From Candidatus Multivoradales bacterium (lineage in GTDB: Bacteria > Acidobacteriota > Thermoanaerobaculia > Multivoradales > J023), in NCBI GenBank assembly GCA_965248925.1, contig CBDFLE010000006.1, positions 3,488,001 to 3,552,000 of the forward strand: a stretch of 64,000 nucleotides of DNA, written 5' to 3'. The first letter of the stretch is position 1. Each line of letters opens with the position of its first letter. A model generated the notes under the pieces. That model was not told the origin of the DNA. It ran no database searches and worked only from the letters and a program-made list of their open reading frames with translations. This document shows, piece after piece, positions 28,827 to 37,464 of this stretch. The translations under genes and the position numbers were made by a program.

Positions 28827-29902
28827 TGCCGCGCCGTGGCGAGCGCAAGATCCGCCTCTTGCCGGGCAATCCAACCGACCCTCGGGGCTTCGCGGTGATG
28901 GCGGGTCAGTACCTGGAGTGGATGGCGATCAAGAACTACTCTCCACGAACCGTTGAGAACCGGCATCTATACCTCTCGTTTCTCATCGCATGGTGTGAAG
29001 AGCGTGGGGTGTCGCGGCCGTCGGAAGTGACCAAGCCGATCCTGGAGCGCTACGCCAGGTGGCTCTACCACTACCGCAAGCCTGGGGACGGGCGGCCGCT
29101 GTCTTTCCGGGCGCAGCACTCGCGGCTGGTGCCGGTGCGGGCTTTCTTCAAGTGGGCGACTCGGGCCAACCACCTGCTCTACAACCCGGCCTCGGAGCTG
29201 GAGCTGCCGAAGCTGGAGCACCGGTTGCCGGCGGCGGTGCTGACCGCCTCGGAAGCCGACCAGGTGCTCAACCAGCCCGACACCGCCGACCCACTCGGGA
29301 TGCGCGACCGGACGATCCTTGAAGTCTTCTACTCGACCGGCATGCGCCGGGCTGAGCTGATCGGCCTCGGCCGTTACGATCTCGACATCGAACGCGGAAC
29401 GGTGATGGTGCGCCAGGGCAAGGGGCGGAAAGACTGGATGATCCCGATCGGCGAGCGGGCGCTGGCCTGGATCGATCGCTACGTCACTGAGGTACGGCCG
29501 TCGCTGATGGTCGAGCCGGACGGCGGGACGCTCTTTCTCACCAACCAGGGGACGCCGTTTGCTCCGTCGCGAATGAGTCAGCTGGTGCGCGGCTACGTGC
29601 TCGCCGCCGATCTCGGCAAGTCGGGCGCTTGCCATCTCTTCCGCCACACGATGGCGACGCTGATGCTCGAAGGTGGTGCGGATATCCGCTTCATTCAGCA
29701 GATGCTCGGCCATGCCAAGCTGGAGACGACGCAGATTTACACTCAGGTATCGATCCGCAAACTGAAGTCGATCCACTCGGCAACCCATCCGGGCGCGAAG
29801 CTAGGGCGGCGGGTGGCACCGCCAGCGGAAGAAGCGAAAGACGGCGGCGAAGTGGCGGCCGAAGATCTGCTCGACACTATGGAGGCCGAAGCGGAGGACT
29901 GA
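28826..29902 (+). CDS. Tyrosine recombinase, unit 3
   Basis: Catalytic residues intact; different acidic tail. Confidence 0.93.
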   Translation: MPRRGERKIRLLPGNPTDPRGFAVMAGQYLEWMAIKNYSPRTVENRHLYLSFLIAWCEERGVSRPSEVTKPILERYARWLYHYRKPGDGRPLSFRAQHSRLVPVRAFFKWATRANHLLYNPASELELPKLEHRLPAAVLTASEADQVLNQPDTADPLGMRDRTILEVFYSTGMRRAELIGLGRYDLDIERGTVMVRQGKGRKDWMIPIGERALAWIDRYVTEVRPSLMVEPDGGTLFLTNQGTPFAPSRMSQLVRGYVLAADLGKSGACHLFRHTMATLMLEGGADIRFIQQMLGHAKLETTQIYTQVSIRKLKSIHSATHPGAKLGRRVAPPAEEAKDGGEVAAEDLLDTMEAEAED

Positions 29903-30576
29903 CCCCCTCCCCCCACCCGAAGCGGTCCGGGTCTGCGCGTCCCGCGTTGCGGCCGGCTGCGCCGTCCTCCGTTCGCGGGCCACGCAGCCCTCGGCAGTAT
30001 TTTTTCGTCACCCCAGCCCGCCCCGGCCCGAGCATCTGCGATCCACCACCTGAGCCCTCCGATCACCGGCCCGGCGCGGGGCTTCAAGTAGTCCAAGAGA
30101 AGACTCTTCGAAAGCTCACCCCAAGCTCCGCGAGCCTGCGAAGGTCAGCGGCTTCGGAAGCACGCCCCGCTCTTGGCCTCCTTGCCGAGATCCACCGACT
30201 TGCACTGCGACGGCTCGGCCCGGCCCCGTCCGCCCCCTCAAGGGGGCTCCCCATCCTCCTCCCAAGACCCGCCCTGCGTCGTGGCCTCCGTACCCTGCGC
30301 GCGGCGCCCTGCGGTCGCCGTGCTCGGCTCCGGCCCCGCCGCCACCACGCCCCCAACGTGCAGATTGGTTTGGCGGCTGCCCTCTGTGCCGCCGGCACCA
30401 AACTGCCGGAAAGACCCGCGCTCGCTCCGACGACCAGCCCAACGAAAACGACCTAAGAAAACACCCACTGCCCGAAGAAAGCGGCCTAAGAAAACCGCAT
30501 CCCGCCTCCGCACCAACCACCCTTCCTCCTTTAGCCGCTGTCTTCGAGCGCCACCCGCGGCGTAGAATGGCCCGGC

Positions 30577-31638
30577 ATGAGGCAGGCAGCTAAAGGAAGA
30601 AGCACTTGGACGATGGCGCTCGGGCTGGTCGTCGCGCTCCTGGCGGTGACGATGCCGGCAACAGCGATCGCGCCGATCTCCGAGTCGAGCTACGCCGAAA
30701 CTCGCCTCTGGACCTTCGAGCACCAAGACCCCGCCGGCAGTAGGGCCGAGCGAGGCTTAAGTAGAACAGGCATAGAGGGTTACCAGCTCTCAAGCTGGAA
30801 ACCGCGTCGGGCTGTCCCCTTCACCCGAGGCGGACAGCAGGTGGCGTTGCACGGCTACTTCCCGTTTGGTCAGGAGGCGACCAGCGCCGCACAAGATGAG
30901 GTTGTGCTGAAGTTCACCGGGCACGAGCGAGACAAGACCGGGACCGGGGTGAGGAGCGAGCTGGACTACATGCATGCGCGGCATTGCAGTCCGGTGGTGG
31001 GGCGGTTCTTGAGTGTGGATCCATCTCTGGGTAGCCGGTCCTCACCACAGAGTTGGAATCGCTTCTCTTACGTCAGCAACAGTCCAATCAACCAGGTAGA
31101 CCCGGACGGAAGGCTTGGGTTTCTGGTAACTGCATTTCTTGGCGGAGTCGTAGATGTTGGGATTCAAATTGCGAGCAACGCGCTTTCAGGGGAAGAGCTC
31201 ACAACAGGCGTAGCCGGGGCTTTCGTCACCGGAGCAGTGGCTGGTGCCACAGGTCTTGGGCTATTGAAGGTGGCTGGTAGGGGAGCGAAGCTCGTAGGAG
31301 CCGTTAGAAATGCAAAGAAACTGAAGAAGTCAACTGCTGCTGCTGGCGCACCAAGAGCGGGCGCAAGGGGAACAAGGGTTGTTGATGACGCCATTTCAGG
31401 CTTGCGTGCTGGGCGAAGTCCCGGTGTCAGAGTGGTTGAGTCGGCTGATGACTTGGAGGGCTTGTTTGGCCGCCTCAGTCGCGGCGGCACATCAGTCGAA
31501 GGCACAAAGTTCCCAGGCCAGCTTGTGAAGCTGCCCGATGGTACGACGGTCGGATTGCGCGCCGGCTCGAAGTCCGGGGGGCCAACCATCGACATCAAGC
31601 TGCCTGATGGAACCTTGCGCAAGGTCCATGTCCAATAA
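30577..31638 (+). CDS. Leader::Rhs tip C fusion (terminal displaced tip)
   Basis: Same leader and pre-toxin linker as tips B/B', but an unrelated toxin domain ending LPDGTTVGLRAGSKSGGPTIDIKLPDGTLRKVHVQ. Confidence 0.8.
   Translation: MRQAAKGRSTWTMALGLVVALLAVTMPATAIAPISESSYAETRLWTFEHQDPAGSRAERGLSRTGIEGYQLSSWKPRRAVPFTRGGQQVALHGYFPFGQEATSAAQDEVVLKFTGHERDKTGTGVRSELDYMHARHCSPVVGRFLSVDPSLGSRSSPQSWNRFSYVSNSPINQVDPDGRLGFLVTAFLGGVVDVGIQIASNALSGEELTTGVAGAFVTGAVAGATGLGLLKVAGRGAKLVGAVRNAKKLKKSTAAAGAPRAGARGTRVVDDAISGLRAGRSPGVRVVESADDLEGLFGRLSRGGTSVEGTKFPGQLVKLPDGTTVGLRAGSKSGGPTIDIKLPDGTLRKVHVQ
30811..30838 (+). other. Putative attR junction (11-6-11)
   Basis: GCTGTCCCCTT-CACCCG-AGGCGGACAGC; variant right arm, still a 9/11 inverted match. 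Confidence 0.72.
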
Positions 31639-32000
31639 TGAGCTTTCGAAACTGCGTCGATGATGTCTTGAAACGTGGCTTGGATGACTGGATCCAAGCC
31701 GCTGAGATCGCTTCGATAGCCCGGACCGCCGGCAAAGCAACGAGCGAAGACGGAGTCCGTGACCTCTCACTCCGGATTTTTCGGGAGCTACTCGGGCGAA
31801 ACTTGATGGATGTCGGGATGGTTACGGAGACAGGATTCACGGCTTGGGAGATTCCTGTCGATCAGGCCCTTCAGCGGATCGAAAGTGATTGGCGAGCCTT
31901 GCCCAAGGGGCCGGATCTCGGCGAGATTTGCTGGCTCAACCTCACCGAGGAAGGGTCCGTGCAGGCGGACGAGCTTTGGTCGAAGAGCAGGTCCTCTTGA
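31638..32000 (+). CDS. Putative immunity protein for tip C
   Basis: 120 aa, TAATG coupling to the toxin stop codon. Confidence 0.75.
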   Translation: MSFRNCVDDVLKRGLDDWIQAAEIASIARTAGKATSEDGVRDLSLRIFRELLGRNLMDVGMVTETGFTAWEIPVDQALQRIESDWRALPKGPDLGEICWLNLTEEGSVQADELWSKSRSS

Positions 32001-32329
32001 CCAGTTGCTGTCGGGAGAGGTGCCACCCTTTTCGTAGTCCACCCGGACGAGGTGCCATCCGAATAGCGTGCAACCCACCTCGGCAACATCCACTACGGCC
32101 GCTGTTTCTTAGTTCTGGAAAGCCCACTCTCTCGTCGAAGAGTGCTCTTATTGAGTGCCCATCGACGAGAATTCGTGGTTTCTAGGCTAGCGAGTGCCCA
32201 TCGAGCGAGATTGCCAACCGCTCGTCATTGCCTTCGGGCGCAATCGGGACACACCTCCCCTGTCGATTGAGAAGATAATTCAATTCTTGCGATCTCTCTT
32301 GGCAGCAGAGACCGTCGTGAAGTCGCAGC

Positions 32330-32674
32330 CTATCCAGGTACCCGGGTCGGTCCTGCTCTACTGCCTGGCTGCTCAAAGTCGCTCGAAACACAGGGCCGCG
32401 GGGGCGGAAAACAGTTCGGCGGAAACTCTACCGAGTAGTCGCCTGTCCGCAAGCGGACGGCCGCCTGGCGATTTGCTTCAACGAAGAGGCGGTAGGCTTC
32501 CTTCAACTGCTTGCGGACCGCTCTCGATGCTGCGTGGACAGCTGGCGCCGGAGATTTCTTGCTGCGAGCAGGCCGCTTGTGTGGGTGCTGCTGGCGGATC
32601 ACCGCCACACCCAGGGGTACGGAACCGCCGAATACCACCCGCCGGGCGCTTTCAGCATCGATCTCCGCGACCAT
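32330..32674 (-). pseudogene. Probable C-terminal remnant of a Y1/RAYT-like transposase
   Basis: PAVHAASRAVRKQLKEAYRLFVEANRQAAVRLRTGDYSVEFPPNCFPP resembles, from recall, the C-terminal extension of such transposases; no HUH-containing N-terminus found. Confidence 0.4.
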
Positions 32675-32882
32675 CTCGGTCAGATGCCGTCAAATCTCTT
32701 CAGCCTGCAGGTGCCGCCAGCAGGGCAGCGGGTCCCTGAAGGGCTGGTGCGCGAACGGCTACGGACACGGCGGCCAGGTAGTGGGTAGGCGGCAAACCAG
32801 CAGCCGCTCGCCGACGCTGCTATCTTCAGCTGGACGGAGCGGCGGAACGGCCCGCCGTCTCGCAAGACGAAGGTAGATCTTA

Positions 32883-33779
32883 ATGCTTCAGCGACAGACT
32901 AGCGGCTCGGTCATCTGTCCTACTTGCGGCAGGCTGGTGGGGGTCAATGAGCAGCGTTGCTTCAACTGTGGGCGCTGGAATCCGGGGATGTGGGGCTATG
33001 CGCCGCTGCTCTCTAAGCTGGGTCGCGACCTCGGTTTTACCCAGATCGTGCTGTGGGGTTGCGGCGGGCTCTACTTGGTGATGCTGCTGGTGAGCGGTTC
33101 GGAGGCGATGTCGGCGCGTGGTGGCTTGTTCGGCATGCTGGCGCCGTCGAACCTGGTTAGCGTGCGCTTCGGTGCCAGTGGCTTGTTACCGGTCTTGGTC
33201 GATGGCCGGTGGTGGACAGTGCTCAGTGCTGGCTGGTTGCACGGTGGCGCGCTGCACATTTTGTTCAACATGATGTGGGTTCGGCAGTTGGCGCCGGCGG
33301 TGGCATCGTTCTACGGCGTTGGCCGGTTGATCATCATCTACACGGTCGCCACGGTGAGTGGATTTGCCATTACCTCGGCGGCGGCCATGCTCGGCGTGTT
33401 CGAGATCTTCAGCGGTCCGCTGTCGTTTCTGCGCGGGGCACCGCTGACAGTGGGGGCCTCGGCACCGCTTTTTGGTCTCTTCGGCGCCTTGATCGTCTAT
33501 GGCCGTCGCGCTGGCCAACGGGCCATCACCCAGCAAGTGACCCAATGGGCGGTGTACCTGGTGATCTTTGGGTTGCTCTTTCCAGGGGTCGACAATTGGG
33601 CCCACATGGGGGGCTTCCTCGGCGGCTATGTGGCCGCTCGCTGGCTCGATCCACTGCGTCAAGAGACTCCCACCCACCTGCTGCTAGCCCTGGCCTGCAT
33701 GGCGGCGACGGTGCTGTCGTTGGCAGCTTCGTTGTGGGTGCCGCTGAGCCCGCAGCTGCGATCCTTGTTGGGCGGCTGA
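32883..33779 (+). CDS. Rhomboid family intramembrane serine protease with N-terminal zinc ribbon
   Basis: CPTC/CFNC; WLHGGALHILFNM; VGASA (catalytic Ser); DNWAHMGG (catalytic His). Confidence 0.9.
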   Translation: MLQRQTSGSVICPTCGRLVGVNEQRCFNCGRWNPGMWGYAPLLSKLGRDLGFTQIVLWGCGGLYLVMLLVSGSEAMSARGGLFGMLAPSNLVSVRFGASGLLPVLVDGRWWTVLSAGWLHGGALHILFNMMWVRQLAPAVASFYGVGRLIIIYTVATVSGFAITSAAAMLGVFEIFSGPLSFLRGAPLTVGASAPLFGLFGALIVYGRRAGQRAITQQVTQWAVYLVIFGLLFPGVDNWAHMGGFLGGYVAARWLDPLRQETPTHLLLALACMAATVLSLAASLWVPLSPQLRSLLGG

Positions 33780-33781
33780 AA

Positions 33782-34276
33782 ATGGCGCGTCTGCGACTTC
33801 ATCAGTTCCACCTCGAGGCCCTCGAACGGCATGCCCGCGTGGCTGCGCCAGAGGAGAGCTGCGGGGTGCTAATCGGCAGTCGCAGTGGTGCGGGGAGTCA
33901 GGTCGTGGAGGTGCTGGCGGCCCGCAACGATACCGAGGGTGATCGCCGCCGCCGCTACTCGATCCACCTTCGAGACTTGTTCACGGTCCATCGGCGGGCT
34001 CGGCGGCTGGGGCTTGAGGTTTTGGGCTACTACCATTCGCATCCGCGGAGTCCGGCCGTTCCTAGCGCCATCGATCTGGCAGATGCCTTGCCGGGGGCTA
34101 GCTACCTCATCGTCGGACGGCGCGGAGGATCGCCAGAAGTGCGTAGTTGGCGCCTCGCTGCCGGTGGCAAATTCGAAGAAGAGTCACTCGTGGTGGGGTC
34201 GCGGTTGGCCCAGTTTTCTCAGTTTCCGCTTCAAGTTTGGGCATCCACAGTAGCCGCGCAAGGGACCGGTCGATGA
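33782..34276 (+). CDS. JAB/Mov34 (M67) metallopeptidase
   Basis: PEESCGVLIG...GYYHSHP...PSAID; ATG at 33782 just after the rhomboid stop. Confidence 0.88.
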   Translation: MARLRLHQFHLEALERHARVAAPEESCGVLIGSRSGAGSQVVEVLAARNDTEGDRRRRYSIHLRDLFTVHRRARRLGLEVLGYYHSHPRSPAVPSAIDLADALPGASYLIVGRRGGSPEVRSWRLAAGGKFEEESLVVGSRLAQFSQFPLQVWASTVAAQGTGR

Positions 34277-35457
34277 AGATGAAAGGGGGCGATTCGACCC
34301 AGAGCCGCGAGCTGAGCCGCGAAGAAATCCAGCGCTACGGCCGTCACCTGACCCTGCCGCAGGTCGGTCTGGAGGGGCAGCACAAGCTCAAAGCGGCGAG
34401 TATGTTGTTGGTCGGTGCCGGCGGCTTGGGCTCGCCCCTGGGGCTCTATCTGGCGGCCGCCGGGGTGGGTCGGCTTGGATTGATCGACTTCGACCGGGTG
34501 GAGATCACCAACTTGCAGCGCCAGGTGCTCTATGGCCAGGCCGATTTGGGTCGGCCGAAGGTGGAAGCAGCGCGCCAGCGGCTGAGCGACATCAACCCCC
34601 ATGTCGATTTGCGGATCTATGATCAGCGGCTGAGCATCGACAATGTCGAAGAGCTGATCGCCGGCTACGACATCGTCATCGACGGCAGTGACAACTTTGC
34701 AACTCGCTATCTGGTCAACGATGCATGTGTTCTGGCCGGCAAGGCCGATGTTTGGGGCGCTGTCTTCCGTTTCGAAGGTCAGGTGTCGGTGTTCTGGGCC
34801 AAGCACGGTCCTTGCTATCGTTGCTTGTTTCCCGAACCGCCGCCCGCGGGTAGCGTGCCTTCCTGCGCCGAGGGGGGAGTGTTGGGGGTGCTACCGGGGA
34901 TCGTCGGTGCGCTGCAAGCCAATGAGGCGATCAAATTGGCGCTGGGCATCGGCGAACCGCTCATCGGTCGTCTGCTGACCTTCGACTCTCTGGCGCTGCG
35001 CTTTCGCGAGTTACAGCTCGCCAAGGCCCCGGATTGCCCTCTCTGTTCCCTGCCTCCTGAGCAGCGCCGGTTGGTGCCCTATGAGCCCGACTGTGAGCCG
35101 CCGGCAGCACCGCCATCAGCGCAGGATCAAGAGTCGACCCCCCTGGACATCACCGTCGAAGACCTCGACCTATGGCGCCAGCAAGATCGTCCGTTGCTGC
35201 TGGTCGACGTCCGCGAGCAGTTGGAATACAACATTTGCCGGCTGCCGGGCTCGCTGTTGATGCCACTCCGGGAGTTGCAGGGCAGGCTCGGAGAACTACA
35301 GCGCGAGGCGCTGATCGTGGTGCACTGCCACCACGGTCCACGGTCTGCCCAGGCGGTGGCTTTTCTGCGCCAAGAGGGTTTCACCAAAGCGACCAACCTG
35401 GCCGGTGGTATCGACTCGTGGAGCTTGCGGATCGATCCCTTGGTGCCCCGCTATTGA
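34273..35457 (+). CDS. moeB: MoeB/MoeZ-type E1-like adenylyltransferase fused to rhodanese
   Basis: RYGRHL, VGAGGLGSP, NLQRQ, DNFATRY, CYRC/CPLC; C-terminal rhodanese (HCHHGPRS, NLAGGIDSW). Confidence 0.92.
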   Translation: MKMKGGDSTQSRELSREEIQRYGRHLTLPQVGLEGQHKLKAASMLLVGAGGLGSPLGLYLAAAGVGRLGLIDFDRVEITNLQRQVLYGQADLGRPKVEAARQRLSDINPHVDLRIYDQRLSIDNVEELIAGYDIVIDGSDNFATRYLVNDACVLAGKADVWGAVFRFEGQVSVFWAKHGPCYRCLFPEPPPAGSVPSCAEGGVLGVLPGIVGALQANEAIKLALGIGEPLIGRLLTFDSLALRFRELQLAKAPDCPLCSLPPEQRRLVPYEPDCEPPAAPPSAQDQESTPLDITVEDLDLWRQQDRPLLLVDVREQLEYNICRLPGSLLMPLRELQGRLGELQREALIVVHCHHGPRSAQAVAFLRQEGFTKATNLAGGIDSWSLRIDPLVPRY

Positions 35458-35553
35458 GCAGGCTGCGCGATCTCGAAGTCGGTTGCAGAATTTACTGTTT
35501 TCGGCGTGCTAAAATCTCTACTCCCTGCCAGCACTTTGCCGTTCTAGTCAGGG

Positions 35554-36186
35554 GTGAACACGACCGCACAGAGACGGGACTCAATGCAAGAAGAGCTTAC
35601 GGGGCGCTCGGCAAAGGTAGATCGGGCGTTGGCAGATGCTGATTTGGTGCACCGTATCGCGGCTGGCGATTCGCTGGCTCTCGGTGAGCTCTACGATCGC
35701 TTCTGCGGTCTGCTGCTGACCCTTTCGCGGCGGGTTTTGCACGACACTTCCGACGCCGAAGAGGTGTTGCAGGAGGTCTTCGTACAAGTCTGGAAGCAGG
35801 CGGGCCGCTACGATACGCGGCGTTCGTCGGTCTCCACCTGGTTGGTGCTGATCACCCGCAGCCGATCGATCGATCGCTTGCGCAGCCGCCAGGTCAAGGA
35901 CCGCACTTTGACCTCTCTGAAACAAGAAAGGCCCCGCGACCATACATCCCCAGAGGGCCAACAAGCCGTATTGATGCAGCAGAGGCGAAAGCGGCTGGGC
36001 GAAGAGCTCGGTGTTTTGCCTGCCGAACAGCGCCAAGTGCTCGAGTTGGCTTTCTTTCAGGGTATGACCCAAAGTGAAATTGCCAACTCGACGGGAATAC
36101 CGCTGGGCACGGTAAAGACCCGCACCCTTTTGGCGATGAGGAAGATGCGCAAAGCCCTCGAATCGGAGATCGAGGACCTGCTATGA
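35554..36186 (+). CDS. ECF sigma factor (SigK-like); start may be 35584
   Basis: DAEEVLQEVFVQVW region 2; GMTQSEIA...GIPLGTVKTR region 4. Confidence 0.9.
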   Translation: MNTTAQRRDSMQEELTGRSAKVDRALADADLVHRIAAGDSLALGELYDRFCGLLLTLSRRVLHDTSDAEEVLQEVFVQVWKQAGRYDTRRSSVSTWLVLITRSRSIDRLRSRQVKDRTLTSLKQERPRDHTSPEGQQAVLMQQRRKRLGEELGVLPAEQRQVLELAFFQGMTQSEIANSTGIPLGTVKTRTLLAMRKMRKALESEIEDLL

Positions 36187-37043
36187 GTAGGGATTTAGAC
36201 TTGCAAGAACTCGACATTCAGGCCGATCTCGAACGTCTTCTCGACGATTGGGATGGCGGTCGGGATGGTAGCGAAACCCTCTATCGGGAGGTGATGGAGG
36301 TGCTGGGGCTATTGCCTTACGCACTCCCTCCCGAGGAGCCGCGTGCTGGGCTCAAGGGCGAGATTCTGGCGCGGATAGGCACCGCCGGAATTGGCCAATC
36401 ACCTGGGTTATCGGCCCAGTCGGCCTCCCCATCTTTGCCCTCCGAGGAGGTTCTGGCGGCGGCAGATTTCGCCAGCCATCGAGCCCGTCGCGAGGCTGCC
36501 GCGAGGCCGCCCGCCAACCACTGGGGGCGGTGGGCGATGGCGGCGATGCTTGGCGCCTGCTTGCTCGGTCTGGGCTATTTTGGTGGCCGGGTGGGCGAGC
36601 TGACCCGCTTGGTTGATCGCTTGAACGGCGATCTCGCTACTGTTCGCACGCAGCCTTTGTTGCCGGACAACATGCACGATCAATTCAGCATCATCCGCAC
36701 CATCGCGCCGCAGGCTTATCCCATGCGGCCAGCCGACAACAAGGCAGCCCAGATCAATGGGATGGTCTATGTCTGTCCCAAGCACGATGCTTGGTCGATC
36801 AACTTGAACGGTCTTGAGGATCCGCCGCCGGGCTTTGAGTACCGGTTCTGGTTTCTCACCGATCAGGGTGCCAAAGCTGGCGAGATTCTGCACCGTGGGG
36901 AGCAGGGCCAGTTCGAGTTAGCGGCGCCCCACATGCCGCTGGGGACCCACAGTTTCGGCGTCAGCCGCGAGCAGGTAAGCGATGTTGAGCCGGGCGAGCC
37001 AGGCCAATGGGTGCTGCGTGCCGAAAGCCCGATTCGGCTTTGA
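36183..37043 (+). CDS. Anti-sigma factor (RskA-like)
   Basis: Coupled to the ECF gene; single transmembrane helix; P..G.EY..W and FGVSRE motifs. Confidence 0.75.
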   Translation: MSRDLDLQELDIQADLERLLDDWDGGRDGSETLYREVMEVLGLLPYALPPEEPRAGLKGEILARIGTAGIGQSPGLSAQSASPSLPSEEVLAAADFASHRARREAAARPPANHWGRWAMAAMLGACLLGLGYFGGRVGELTRLVDRLNGDLATVRTQPLLPDNMHDQFSIIRTIAPQAYPMRPADNKAAQINGMVYVCPKHDAWSINLNGLEDPPPGFEYRFWFLTDQGAKAGEILHRGEQGQFELAAPHMPLGTHSFGVSREQVSDVEPGEPGQWVLRAESPIRL

Positions 37044-37179
37044 GCGACCGCTGACGGTGGCTGCCCAGACAGCTTGTCCTGCTGAGCAAGAACGCTGCGA
37101 AATGGGTCTTCGCGGCGTTTTTTGCGCTTTGAACGAAGTGGCGAGTGATGTCCATGGGCGGATTAGATAAGATCCAACA

Positions 37180-37443
37180 ATGGACGAGAAGATTCCCACT
37201 GTTGGTCGAGGTCTGCTGAGTCGCTTTCTTGGCCGGCTGAAGTTCTCCCAGTTATTCTTGCTGACCGCTGGACTGTTCGTGGTTGATCTCGCGGTGCCTG
37301 ATCTGCTGCCATTTGTTGACGAAATCCTCCTCTTACTGCTCACCATTCTGTTTGGCAGCTGGCGCAAGGAACGTGGCCTGGCAGAAGAAACGGCGGAGCA
37401 GAAGCCGCCGACCAAGAATGTCACGCCGCCAACGGGGGGCTGA
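37180..37443 (+). CDS. Small membrane protein
   Basis: 87 aa with PDLLPFVDEILL hydrophobic hairpin. Confidence 0.65.
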   Translation: MDEKIPTVGRGLLSRFLGRLKFSQLFLLTAGLFVVDLAVPDLLPFVDEILLLLLTILFGSWRKERGLAEETAEQKPPTKNVTPPTGG

Positions 37444-37464
37444 ACCAGGGTACTCAAGGGCGGA

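Larger units (their letters stand above)
23209..30821 (+). mobile_element. Rhs-tip-carrying integrative element, unit 3 (7613 bp)
   Basis: Same architecture; divergent primase linker, integrase tail and non-coding region. Confidence 0.8.

Noticed and set aside
7910-30821. Prophage or ICE interpretation of the repeated units
   Set aside because: No capsid, terminase, tail, relaxase or type IV secretion genes; each unit is only ~7.6 kb
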